Positions 19,382 to 27,866 of a stretch of 64,000 nt of DNA are shown here, piece by piece. A program made the translations under genes and the position numbers. Origin of the DNA: Tequatrovirus LF73P3; sequence record OZ035756.1. One strand, written 5' to 3'. Below the pieces are notes generated by a model, which was not told where the DNA came from, made no database searches, and saw only the letters and a program-made list of their open reading frames with translations. Position 1 is the stretch's first letter; each line of letters opens with the position of its first letter.

Positions 19382-19696
19382 CTAAAAGAAACTTCTTTCA
19401 CAATTTTTTCCACTGAACCAGGCGCTCACTGCTTTCTTAGTCTCAGGAGCAGTGTTATCCATAAACCATTCAAAGGCAGCCTTTTTATGATTCTGGAGGG
19501 CTTCTCGGGCTTTAATCTGCTCACGGTCTATTAACACTAACATATGAGCCTTTCTTGTCACCATGGGCTTCTTATGATTTTTTGAATACTCCCAGTCATT
19601 TGTCCATCGCATTGTCGTTGCGAACTGAAATACTGCTTCTTTAATTTTAGTTTCGTAAATTTCACGAGCCTTTGAGTATAACATCACTACCTCCAT
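19382..19696 (-). CDS. hypothetical protein
   Basis: 104 aa ORF. Confidence 0.5.
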   Translation of the reverse strand: MEVVMLYSKAREIYETKIKEAVFQFATTMRWTNDWEYSKNHKKPMVTRKAHMLVLIDREQIKAREALQNHKKAAFEWFMDNTAPETKKAVSAWFSGKNCERSFF

Positions 19697-19786
19697 TCAC
19701 CAGTTTAATTCTAGTCATCTTTTTGATGGCAGTCCATATAATCTATTTCTGAACTGCCTTTTTGTCTTAGAAGGCCTCTTATGAAT

Positions 19787-20773
19787 TTATTTCAGAAGAG
19801 TAACCTCAGCGATTTCTTGCCAACCGTTTTTGTCGGTCATAATAAAGTCAGCAAGATAAAGAGCAGTACGCAGTGAAACATTGCGTAAACGATTAACATT
19901 AACTTTCATCCATGATAATGCTTTATAAGTTTCTTCATCAGAAAGACCGCGCTTTTGCATCATGTCAGTTGAAAGAATAACATCTTCAACCCTGACCATA
20001 ATTTCTTCATTAGTGTGAACACCCAAATCCAAATAAACCGAGCGGGACACTAATGCTTGTAAATGTGGAGCAAGTTTAGTACCACGGTCTAATTCGCGGT
20101 CAATGTCAACGTTTGTGATAAAAACAATCGTTCCTTTAAATTCAAACTCACGGTCAATGCCTTTTTCTTCTAAGTAAGAAGATGCAGTGCTCCAGCAGAC
20201 TTTACGGGTCTCTCCAGTGTCCAGAGCAGCTTTTAGAAGATTAAGAATGTCCATATCAGAGAAAACATCCACATCATCAATCAAAAGGACAGAATTCTCT
20301 TCACGATTATTCCAAAGCTGCTCATAAAGACCAATACCAGAGATTTTACCATTAATGCTTTTATATTCAATGTATCCGTTATCATTTGCTTTATTTAAAG
20401 CTTTATCTAAAGAATACGTTTTACCAATACCTGCTGCGCCAGAGATAATTAATGAACGAATATTTCCATTAATAATACCATTCGTCATCATTCCCATAAC
20501 ATTAAATCTTTTATTAATGCGGGTTTTCATATCTTCATATGATTCTTTAACTTCTTCAACTTTTACACCATCATATGAAATATCTGATTTGTAAACCCAA
20601 ACACCGCGACGTTTACCGTCAATTTCAACAAAAACTTTACCATCTCCTTGTGCATCTACCGGAGCATTATCTGGGAACCATTCGCCTAAGAGCTCAAAAG
20701 TTCCAGAGATTTCTTTACCGAAGTAGATACCCTTATTGATAGTTACAGTTTTCATTTTATTCTCCAATTTCAC
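19787..20773 (-). CDS. P-loop NTPase (AAA-like ATPase) of unknown role
   Basis: 328 aa; Walker A GAAGIGKT and Walker B VLLIDDVD. Confidence 0.65.
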   Translation of the reverse strand: MKLENKMKTVTINKGIYFGKEISGTFELLGEWFPDNAPVDAQGDGKVFVEIDGKRRGVWVYKSDISYDGVKVEEVKESYEDMKTRINKRFNVMGMMTNGIINGNIRSLIISGAAGIGKTYSLDKALNKANDNGYIEYKSINGKISGIGLYEQLWNNREENSVLLIDDVDVFSDMDILNLLKAALDTGETRKVCWSTASSYLEEKGIDREFEFKGTIVFITNVDIDRELDRGTKLAPHLQALVSRSVYLDLGVHTNEEIMVRVEDVILSTDMMQKRGLSDEETYKALSWMKVNVNRLRNVSLRTALYLADFIMTDKNGWQEIAEVTLLK

Positions 20774-20789
20774 ATTTGTTTTGATAGGG

Positions 20790-20823
20790 TAATAGTATCA
20801 CACTACTACCCTACTGTAAACAA
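20790..20823 (-). promoter_or_regulatory. early sigma70-type promoter candidate
   Basis: Minus strand GTTTAC with downstream TA-rich -10 region. Confidence 0.35.
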
Positions 20824-20824
20824 T

Positions 20825-21088
20825 TTATTTTAATGTTTGCCAAATTTTTACTGCTTCGCGACGAGATACTTCTACAGCTCCAAGTTCTACGGCTTTTTGG
20901 CGTCGGCGAGCATGTAAGTCATAATGTTTAATGCGTTTATCTTGAAACCAAGAACGTTTCATTCCTATTGCTTCTGCCATTTTATGAAGCTCTTCAATAT
21001 CTCCATCAGTGAACATATGACAATTTTTAGTTGGATGACCGCGAAGTTTCCATCCATGATTCATTAAAACATCTACGTAAACTGTCAT
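20825..21088 (-). CDS. hypothetical protein
   Basis: 87 aa, MTVYVDVLMNHGWKLRGHPTKNCHM... Confidence 0.5.
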   Translation of the reverse strand: MTVYVDVLMNHGWKLRGHPTKNCHMFTDGDIEELHKMAEAIGMKRSWFQDKRIKHYDLHARRRQKAVELGAVEVSRREAVKIWQTLK

Positions 21089-21279
21089 TGATTCTGCTCC
21101 AAATATGTTTCTATAATTTTCTGAGCGAGATAAACTGCGTTATCTTCAGTTGCATCTTCTAAGAAATTTTCAAAATAAGCTGAAATTTCTTCTGTGTCAA
21201 TCAACTTTTTTACTTCAATTAACGTAGTTTTCATTTTATTCCCCCAAATCCGTATCAGTTGATAGTTGTATAGTACCAC
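21085..21279 (-). CDS. hypothetical acidic protein
   Basis: 64 aa ORF directly after promoter at 21267-21300. Confidence 0.45.
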   Translation of the reverse strand: MVLYNYQLIRIWGNKMKTTLIEVKKLIDTEEISAYFENFLEDATEDNAVYLAQKIIETYLEQNQ

Positions 21280-21300
21280 AGTATGCTTTGGTTGTAAACC
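21267..21300 (-). promoter_or_regulatory. early sigma70-type promoter (conserved core)
   Basis: Minus strand TTTTCACAAAACGGTTTAC...CTGTGGTACTATACAACTATCAAC. Confidence 0.5.
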
Positions 21301-21329
21301 GTTTTGTGAAAAAAATTTTGAAATAAAAA

Positions 21330-21357
21330 AGGGGACCTTAGAGGTCCCCTTGCGTTA
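21330..21357 (-). terminator. rho-independent terminator
   Basis: Minus strand AGGGGACC-UCUA-AGGUCCCCU followed by UUUUUU. Confidence 0.6.
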
Positions 21358-21359
21358 GT

Positions 21360-21845
21360 TTATACCATTTCTATTATGTGCATATTCTTTTTGCTGTCAA
21401 AATATATGCTTTTAACTGTTAACTCAGAATTAATTGGCAGTAAAAACTCTCTTTCATAATCTACCATACAAAGATTATCATAAAGTTTGTTAAGCTTATC
21501 ATCATCAGTTTGACCAGATTCTTCAATTGCGATTAAATTTTCTAAAATGTCAATCATGGCAGTCGAATAGTCAAAAACGTTTGCATTTTTTAACACTACT
21601 AAAACATTAGTCATATAGCGTTCTGCAGCAAACGTTTCAGCTATATGAGACTCACTGCTAAAGGAAGTTATTCTTTTAAATTTGATTCTCCTATTAACTT
21701 CAAACTTATAAGATAGCACTTCCTCTATTGTAAGTCCTCTAAAAAGTATGTCTTTAATCTCAAGTTTGTCTTTAATGTAATCATTAACACGCTTATGATT
21801 AAAATCATTAATTTTGTTGCCAAGGCATTGCATTAAAATATGCAT
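21360..21845 (-). CDS. hypothetical protein
   Basis: 161 aa ORF bracketed by promoter (21890) and terminator (21330). Confidence 0.55.
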   Translation of the reverse strand: MHILMQCLGNKINDFNHKRVNDYIKDKLEIKDILFRGLTIEEVLSYKFEVNRRIKFKRITSFSSESHIAETFAAERYMTNVLVVLKNANVFDYSTAMIDILENLIAIEESGQTDDDKLNKLYDNLCMVDYEREFLLPINSELTVKSIYFDSKKNMHIIEMV

Positions 21846-21889
21846 TGTATTTTCCTCAATTTTTAAAGAACAATTAACTAACTTACAAA

Positions 21890-21924
21890 TATATTATAAT
21901 ATGCTTTGCGGTAGAAGTAAACAA
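21890..21924 (-). promoter_or_regulatory. early sigma70-type promoter
   Basis: Minus strand GTTTAC + spacer + TATTATAAT. Confidence 0.5.
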
Positions 21925-21951
21925 CTTTGTGAAAAAATTTTGAAATAAAAA

Positions 21952-21976
21952 GGGAGCCCGAAGGCTCCCTATCATT
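21952..21976 (-). terminator. rho-independent terminator
   Basis: Minus strand GGGAGCC-UUCG-GGCUCCC followed by UUUUU. Confidence 0.6.
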
Positions 21977-22985
21977 TATAATAACTTCGATGGTTTTCAA
22001 GATAAACCCTCTCAAGGAAGTCATCCCAGAAACCCATGTCTACTTTTTGCTGCATACCGTTCTTAGAAGCTTCAATGGATGCTGCTTCTACTTGATCGAC
22101 CACATCTTCCAAAAACTCTTGAACAGTTTTAAATGGATGTTTACCCAACTTCACGTCGAGAATAAATGGAGCGTCTTGAAGTGGATAGACTAAGTCACCA
22201 GTTTTGTAAATTTCCAATAGTTGGAGTCCACCACGGCAAGCATGACTCAGAGCTTTCCAGTCAATGCCCTCATTCGCTTCAGCCTTACGAGCACGTTCGC
22301 CGTATTCAGCATCAAGTTTATTCAAAGATTGCTTAAGCTCGATAAGAGAAAGCGTTGTCTGATATTTACGACCCAACACAGTGTAGAACGTTTGTGGACC
22401 TGTTTTCTCATGATTATGGAACACCCATTCACAGAATTCGTTCTCTGGAAGACGATGCTTAATATCTTCAATCTTAGTTCGACGTTGCTTAATGGAACCG
22501 TCTTCTTGATAATCAACCCACTGATCAGGGATTTGATTAACTACTTTCAATACATCACGTAATGCGGCCAAACGAGAACCCTTAACACCGTATTTAGAAG
22601 CTTGCTTGCGAACATATCCTAAGTAGGATTTCATGTTAGTCGTATAAAAACGAGAACGATTGTCTTGAATAAACTTCCATACATCAGGCAAATCAGATTT
22701 AACTACCAGTTCAGGTGGAGTGTGGAGCATATCCAATGCTACAGTTTCACCATCTGCTGCTAATTTAAAGAAATACTTAAGACTGTATAGTTCATGGTCA
22801 ATATCATCTTTAGTGTTTTTAGATGATGTGTTGTTAGTGTTTTTACTCATATGCTCTTTAACATTTCCGATAAGAATATCACGAGCAGGAGGAACAAAGA
22901 TTTCTTTAAAATCTACATCAGATTCTGGAGTAGAAGTTCCATAAAGATGACTACCAAAATAGCTTTTCATTACTGTTTTCATCAT
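21972..22985 (-). CDS. putative nucleotidyltransferase (Pol-beta superfamily fold) with C-terminal helical domain
   Basis: 337 aa; N-terminal FGSHLYGTSTPESDVDF (GS-x9-SDhD) and downstream ALDMLH acidic motif. Confidence 0.6.
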   Translation of the reverse strand: MMKTVMKSYFGSHLYGTSTPESDVDFKEIFVPPARDILIGNVKEHMSKNTNNTSSKNTKDDIDHELYSLKYFFKLAADGETVALDMLHTPPELVVKSDLPDVWKFIQDNRSRFYTTNMKSYLGYVRKQASKYGVKGSRLAALRDVLKVVNQIPDQWVDYQEDGSIKQRRTKIEDIKHRLPENEFCEWVFHNHEKTGPQTFYTVLGRKYQTTLSLIELKQSLNKLDAEYGERARKAEANEGIDWKALSHACRGGLQLLEIYKTGDLVYPLQDAPFILDVKLGKHPFKTVQEFLEDVVDQVEAASIEASKNGMQQKVDMGFWDDFLERVYLENHRSYYK

Positions 22986-23467
22986 TCAGCCTTATATTCA
23001 ATAACAGGACATACTTTAGCTTTACGCGCTTTTAAAAATTCGACGATAATAGATTTCTTGGGTTGAATAGGCTCAAGTCCATTTTTGATTCGTTCTTCGT
23101 TTTGTACAATGAGCTCAATTTCTTTATTGAGCTTTCGGTCGTTATATTTGTCTAACAACCAGGAAGGACCAATTACCGCCCCGACAGCAATAAGAACCAT
23201 GACCGATAATGCTAAAATGCCTATACCAATTGAAGCTGGAATTAATGTCCATAGACTACTAAAGACAAAGAATTTAATTAAAATTTCTTGGCCAATTATT
23301 GCAGCACCTGTTAAAGTTGCAAATCCAACAATTGAAACCGCTAATACCGGGAGAAACGTTTTCCAAAAATAAGCACATAACGTTTTTGGACGATTCCATG
23401 TGCTGTTAAATGCCGAGTAAATTTTAAAGTGCCAAGAGTTTTCATTAATAATCATAATTATAATCAT
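22982..23467 (-). CDS. membrane protein (2 predicted TM helices) coupled to the NTase gene
   Basis: 161 aa; hydrophobic FLPVLAVSIVGFATLTGAAIIG and IGIGILALSVMVLIAVGAVIG; ATGA overlap with downstream gene. Confidence 0.5.
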   Translation of the reverse strand: MIIIMIINENSWHFKIYSAFNSTWNRPKTLCAYFWKTFLPVLAVSIVGFATLTGAAIIGQEILIKFFVFSSLWTLIPASIGIGILALSVMVLIAVGAVIGPSWLLDKYNDRKLNKEIELIVQNEERIKNGLEPIQPKKSIIVEFLKARKAKVCPVIEYKAE

Positions 23468-23985
23468 CCTTTCATTGAAGGTGTAACAGTTGTTAAATAC
23501 TTAATCATAGCTTCAGCTTCTGATTTTGATAATGAAATTTCTCCATTGTTTTGACGAATAGAAATAAAATCCGGATGACGGTCACCACCAGCTTTTAAAA
23601 CACACATATAAGTATCAGTTTCATCTTCAATATCTGAAATGATTGAAGCAGTTCCACATGAATGTGGTTTTTGATAAATCAATACAGCTTTTCTTCCACC
23701 GTTTGACTGCTCATAAACTTTTAACACATCAAACAAATCACTTCTTTTATCAATAGCTAAGATGTTGTTTTCATCTTCAATGTTAAATCCTTCGGATACT
23801 TCATAAAGTGTCACCCATAAATCACCAATATCAATAACAGCGTTCACTTTTCCATGACTTTCAAGAGCATTACAAATTTTCTTAATTTCATCATAACTCA
23901 TTTTAATAATATCATCTCCTTGAATAAAGAAGATGTCATTTTTAAATTCAACGCGAATTAAACCACTTTCACTTGAAATAAACAT
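23464..23985 (-). CDS. hypothetical protein, paralog of 23992-24549
   Basis: 173 aa; C-terminal SKSEAEAMIKYLTTVTPSM resembles neighbour's TKDEAIALKTYLDSVIPTM. Confidence 0.55.
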   Translation of the reverse strand: MFISSESGLIRVEFKNDIFFIQGDDIIKMSYDEIKKICNALESHGKVNAVIDIGDLWVTLYEVSEGFNIEDENNILAIDKRSDLFDVLKVYEQSNGGRKAVLIYQKPHSCGTASIISDIEDETDTYMCVLKAGGDRHPDFISIRQNNGEISLSKSEAEAMIKYLTTVTPSMKG

Positions 23986-23991
23986 ATTTCC

Positions 23992-24549
23992 TCACTTTGA
24001 AATCATAGTTGGAATGACAGAATCAAGATAAGTCTTTAGCGCAATAGCTTCGTCTTTGGTAAATGTGACAATATATGAACGAAAATCATCAATTTGACGA
24101 ATAGTTAAGACATCTCCATCTTCATAACATTTTGATACATTTAAAACAGTTTCATCATTTTGATTGCAAGCGTTAGTAATAATAGCATTGCAATTTTTGA
24201 GCCATTTTAAACTATGTTTTCTTTCATTAGAATAATAAAAATATTTAATCTTATCTATAAAACTATCCCAATGGATAACTGATAAACACATTGACTCACT
24301 TTTAATATTAAATCCTGGGCATGAAGAATAAAAATGAATTTTGTGCTCATCATTGATGCTTACTATTTTATCAGTATAAGGATATTCTATTTGGATTAAA
24401 TGAATGATTTCACTAGGCGTAAAATATAGCATATCGTCTTCTTGCGTCAAACGATACATGTTATTTACTTTTTCTATAGCCAATTCACCAAAAAGCGGAC
24501 TAACTTCTAATACTAATCGTTTCATATTGATTCTCTTCGACTCACTCAC
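23992..24549 (-). CDS. hypothetical protein, paralog of 23464-23985
   Basis: 185 aa ORF. Confidence 0.55.
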   Translation of the reverse strand: MSESKRINMKRLVLEVSPLFGELAIEKVNNMYRLTQEDDMLYFTPSEIIHLIQIEYPYTDKIVSINDEHKIHFYSSCPGFNIKSESMCLSVIHWDSFIDKIKYFYYSNERKHSLKWLKNCNAIITNACNQNDETVLNVSKCYEDGDVLTIRQIDDFRSYIVTFTKDEAIALKTYLDSVIPTMISK

Positions 24550-24686
24550 AATTACATACTCCTTTGAATAATATCAATAATGTTGTTCACCAGATTATAA
24601 GTAAACATTGGATAATTATATTGAATCATCACATACACAACAAACAAAACTTTCATTCTCTTCTCCTTGGCAGTTGACAAGATTAC

Positions 24687-24890
24687 TATATCATAACCTT
24701 GCCAACTTGTAAACCATTAAATGACGTTTTCAATAAAATTCTGAAGCTTTGTGTGAGCATCAACCATGATTTTCATTTCTTCCTTTGCGAAAGCTGTACC
24801 TCTTTCTCGAGCAGAATACTCATAGTCAGAAACTGCATTAGCATATTCTTCAATTAGCTTCATTAAAAACATCTGCTTTTCAGTTTTCAT
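24687..24890 (-). CDS. hypothetical small helical protein (67 aa), absent from supplied ORF track
   Basis: Hand translation MKTEKQMFLMKLIEEYANAVSDYEYSARERGTAFAKEEMKIMVDAHTKLQ...; RBS AGGTGGA 4 nt upstream. Confidence 0.35.
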
Positions 24891-25074
24891 TATTCCACCT
24901 AATCATTTCAAGATATTGAACTAACTTAGCTTTGGATTTATCCAAATCCTTTTTAGCTGCTTCTATACCATCGTATGAGTATCCTTCACAATGCTCAACT
25001 GCTAATTGATATGAATCTATTTCAACATCACGTGCTAATTTAATAATTTTTTCAAACTGTTCACATGTTAGCAT
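24880..25074 (-). CDS. hypothetical protein
   Basis: 64 aa ORF. Confidence 0.4.
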   Translation of the reverse strand: MLTCEQFEKIIKLARDVEIDSYQLAVEHCEGYSYDGIEAAKKDLDKSKAKLVQYLEMIRWNNEN

Positions 25075-25076
25075 AC

Positions 25077-25280
25077 TTAAACTCTCGTATTATGATCGAT
25101 AATTTCATCAAGAAACATATCTAAAGCTTCTACAGCATTATCAACTTTAGCTTCAAATTTTTCAATACCTTTATTTGCAATGCCTGCCGAAAACCAAGCA
25201 AAGTCACTAAGTTCCTCATCTGCTTTGCGAATTAAAGCTACCAATTCTTTAATTTTATCTGCTTGTTCAATTCTAGTCAT
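25077..25280 (-). CDS. hypothetical protein (start moved to Met13)
   Basis: [24 protein letters not shown]...; identical RBS context AGGTGGAATAATG as the gene at 24890. Confidence 0.4.
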   Translation of the reverse strand: MTRIEQADKIKELVALIRKADEELSDFAWFSAGIANKGIEKFEAKVDNAVEALDMFLDEIIDHNTRV

Positions 25281-25513
25281 TATTCCACCACATATGAAAG
25301 AGAGAATATTGCACACGCCATATGAGTTGCAGCTTCATCACACATATCATAACGTTTCTTAAGAAGTTCTACAAGTTCTTCACTAGTAACTTCATCCATG
25401 TCGACGAAAAAATCACCATTAATGATGACGTAGATATTTCCTTCTTGATTGAGTGCTTCAATTTTCATGATGTTCTCCTCTTTATCCGATGGTTGTATAG
25501 TATCACGGCTCAA
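25280..25513 (-). CDS. hypothetical acidic protein
   Basis: 77 aa ORF after early promoter at 25494-25527. Confidence 0.4.
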   Translation of the reverse strand: MSRDTIQPSDKEENIMKIEALNQEGNIYVIINGDFFVDMDEVTSEELVELLKKRYDMCDEAATHMACAIFSLSYVVE

Positions 25514-25527
25514 ATTGAAAGTAAACT
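25494..25527 (-). promoter_or_regulatory. early sigma70-type promoter
   Basis: Minus strand GTTTAC...TGATACTATACAACC. Confidence 0.45.
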
Positions 25528-25541
25528 GGTAAAATGAAAAA

Positions 25542-25559
25542 AGTCTCCCGAAGGAGACT
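25542..25559 (-). terminator. GC hairpin with UUCG loop (AGUCUCC-UUCG-GGAGACU)
   Basis: Palindrome followed on minus strand by U-rich sequence. Confidence 0.5.
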
Positions 25560-25563
25560 AATG

Positions 25564-25950
25564 TTATTCGAGGGAAAGAAGATATTTGCTCTGGTAAAAC
25601 ATCCCAGTAATATCATCTATCGTGCTTTGAATGGCTGGAGGCATTTCTTTATAAATGCTGTTAGATTGGTCTAGTATGTGATCAATCATTTTAATTGTAT
25701 CGGTAGGAAGTTTACTGGCATCTGGAATAGAAGGCGTGTATTTTCTACCAGAATACCCTAAATATTGCTCACCAAATTTATCAATCAAATCTGGCAATTC
25801 AGAGAAAATAAAATCGTATGCTTTGTGTCTAGCATAACTTTTAGTTTCAAAATGTGCAGAATGAAAATAAGCTTGTGCAGCCATTAATAAACCTAAGTAT
25901 TCATCTGCCTTTGAAGGTTTTCCACTTTGTGAAAAGTCGCTGAATTTCAT
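25564..25950 (-). CDS. hypothetical protein (rI.-1 position)
   Basis: 128 aa ORF, 4-nt overlap with rI. Confidence 0.55.
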   Translation of the reverse strand: MKFSDFSQSGKPSKADEYLGLLMAAQAYFHSAHFETKSYARHKAYDFIFSELPDLIDKFGEQYLGYSGRKYTPSIPDASKLPTDTIKMIDHILDQSNSIYKEMPPAIQSTIDDITGMFYQSKYLLSLE

Positions 25951-26240
25951 TCAGTCTCCAATTTAATGTTCATAATTCTAGCGTATGATTGTGCCATCTC
26001 CGCGCCTCGCTCTATACATTCAAAATCGGAAGAGCACGGGTCATTTTTATAAGTCGTTCGCATAAAACTATAGAACTGTTCAGATGATTCTACGCTTTTA
26101 TTTTCAAAAAGCATATAAACGTGTCTAATACCAGATTCCATAAATTTATCAAAATGAGGATCGACATTCGCTTCAATTGGTGGAGATAAAGCAAACGCTA
26201 ATCCTAGCATGGCAAATAGTGCCGTTGCTTTTAAGGCCAT
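25947..26240 (-). CDS. rI: lysis inhibition regulator RI
   Basis: 97 aa, MALKATALFAMLGLAFALSPPIEANVDPHFDKFMESGIRHVYMLFENK...; signal-anchor N-terminus, matches T4 rI. Confidence 0.85.
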   Translation of the reverse strand: MALKATALFAMLGLAFALSPPIEANVDPHFDKFMESGIRHVYMLFENKSVESSEQFYSFMRTTYKNDPCSSDFECIERGAEMAQSYARIMNIKLETE

Positions 26241-26252
26241 AAAGGCCTCCTA

Positions 26253-26465
26253 TCATTTTTGTCCTGTATTTACTTTATGCCGATGCACGGCCTTAACTTT
26301 ATCAAGGTATTTTTCAAAATTTCGCAATCTAGTATAGTCTGCCGGAGATTGGTTGAGTGATACTTCTCGACGCAAAGCTGAAATGATATTTCCAACTTCC
26401 CTACGAATTTCATCTAATTGAAGAACAGTAAGATTGCGAAGTTGCTTTTCAGTTAATTGTAGCAT
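26253..26465 (-). CDS. hypothetical protein (rI.1 position)
   Basis: 70 aa ORF. Confidence 0.5.
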
Positions 26466-26507
26466 ATATACCCCTTTAGTTAGATAAACCTATTTATAAC
26501 TTTTGCA

Positions 26508-27089
26508 CTAACCAAGCTTTTTAGTTAATTCATTCCAATGTTTTCTACACAAAGAAACATAAATTTCATCACCAATACAGATTTGATTACCTTCTTTAAC
26601 TGGCGTTCCATCTTCCATTAATCGAGCTGTCATAATAGCTTTTTTACCACAATGACAAACTGCTTTTAGTTCAATAAGTTTATCTGCAATCGCCAAAAGT
26701 TCTTTAGAACCTTCAAATAATTTTCCAGCGAAATCAGTCCTTAGTCCATAAGCCATAACAGGAACATTATATGTATCAACAATTCGGCTTAATTGATGCA
26801 CCTGTTCAGTTTTTAAAAACTGGGCTTCATCTACAAATACACAATGAATATCCTTTTGTGCTTCAGCCCATTTATAGAACTCAAAAATATCCATATCATC
26901 CGTAATAATATTCGCTTCCTGCTTAATTCCAATGCGAGAAACGACTTCACAGACAGAATCACGAGTATCAATAGCAGGCTTAAGAACTAATACACCCATT
27001 CCGCGTTCTTTATAATTATGCGCAGCAGTCAAAAGAGAAGCAGATTTTCCAGCATTCATTGTTGCGTAAGTAAAAATTAAACTCGCCAT
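26508..27089 (-). CDS. tk: thymidine kinase
   Basis: 193 aa; P-loop ATMNAGKSASLL, C-terminal Cys pairs CHCG...CR, matches T4 tk. Confidence 0.95.
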   Translation of the reverse strand: MASLIFTYATMNAGKSASLLTAAHNYKERGMGVLVLKPAIDTRDSVCEVVSRIGIKQEANIITDDMDIFEFYKWAEAQKDIHCVFVDEAQFLKTEQVHQLSRIVDTYNVPVMAYGLRTDFAGKLFEGSKELLAIADKLIELKAVCHCGKKAIMTARLMEDGTPVKEGNQICIGDEIYVSLCRKHWNELTKKLG

Positions 27090-27098
27090 ATCACCTTC

Positions 27099-27284
27099 TT
27101 AAAGCGTATTCACATAAGCTATTAATTCGTTTTCTTTCTTATCAAACCGATCAGCAAATTCTTCTTGTTGATCGGGAGATAGCGGGCCGTATTCATCATA
27201 AAAGGTGTTTGCTTCTGTATGCTCATCTAGAAGTTCATGGATAAGCTCAAACAATTTATCTTTTTGTTCTTTACTCAGACTCAT
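27099..27284 (-). CDS. hypothetical acidic protein
   Basis: 61 aa ORF. Confidence 0.45.
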   Translation of the reverse strand: MSLSKEQKDKLFELIHELLDEHTEANTFYDEYGPLSPDQQEEFADRFDKKENELIAYVNTL

Positions 27285-27450
27285 ATATTAATTTCCAGGA
27301 GTTTTAAAATAATTCGCTTTTGCTTAAATATTTCCATAGTTAAATGACCAGTATCTTTTTGACCGATTCCAATGGCAAAACCTTTATTGACAGCGAGTTC
27401 AATTAAATTATCAAGCTCACGTAACACTTCATATTGTAACTCAAAACTAT

Positions 27451-27678
27451 TCATTTCGGTTTACCTTCTTTAACGAAATCGGGATAAGGATAAAATCCTG
27501 AATAAAATCCTTCACCTTTATGATTGATGCATCCTTTATTAGAACAATAGCACCAATAATCGAAATCACAAGCCATTTCATCATTACATAAAGCAAAAAC
27601 AACTGGCCATTCACACTTTTCGCAGTGGGCATTTTTAAGAATACTTGTTTGGCTCATAACCATGTAACCTTTAAACAA
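27451..27678 (-). CDS. cysteine-rich small protein (likely zinc-binding)
   Basis: 75 aa; CEKCEW...CNDEMACDFDYWCYCSNKGC. Confidence 0.4.
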   Translation of the reverse strand: MFKGYMVMSQTSILKNAHCEKCEWPVVFALCNDEMACDFDYWCYCSNKGCINHKGEGFYSGFYPYPDFVKEGKPK

Positions 27679-27866
27679 TATTCTTCTACGTGTTGTTTAC
27701 GACCTTTCTTATCAATAAAGGTATATTCAACGAATGTTCCAATATAGTCTTTATCTACACCATGTGGACTATTAATTGGGCATTTAGTACGGCAAATGCG
27801 TTCCCATTGACGAATAATTTCCACTTTGTTTTTAGGATCAAACGGATGCGGGTAATGTACTTTCAT
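27654..27866 (-). CDS. hypothetical protein
   Basis: 70 aa ORF. Confidence 0.45.
   Translation of the reverse strand: MKVHYPHPFDPKNKVEIIRQWERICRTKCPINSPHGVDKDYIGTFVEYTFIDKKGRKQHVEEYCLKVTWL

Noticed and set aside
21972-23467. Calling the NTase/membrane pair a CBASS operon
   Set aside because: Only the GS-x9-SDhD motif and gene adjacency are visible; no Cap accessory genes and the context is a lytic phage; kept as a candidate of unknown function
27447-27632. 61-aa minus-strand ORF overlapping the Cys-rich ORF in another frame
   Set aside because: Same DNA as 27451-27678; the Cys-rich frame looks more protein-like; only one is likely real
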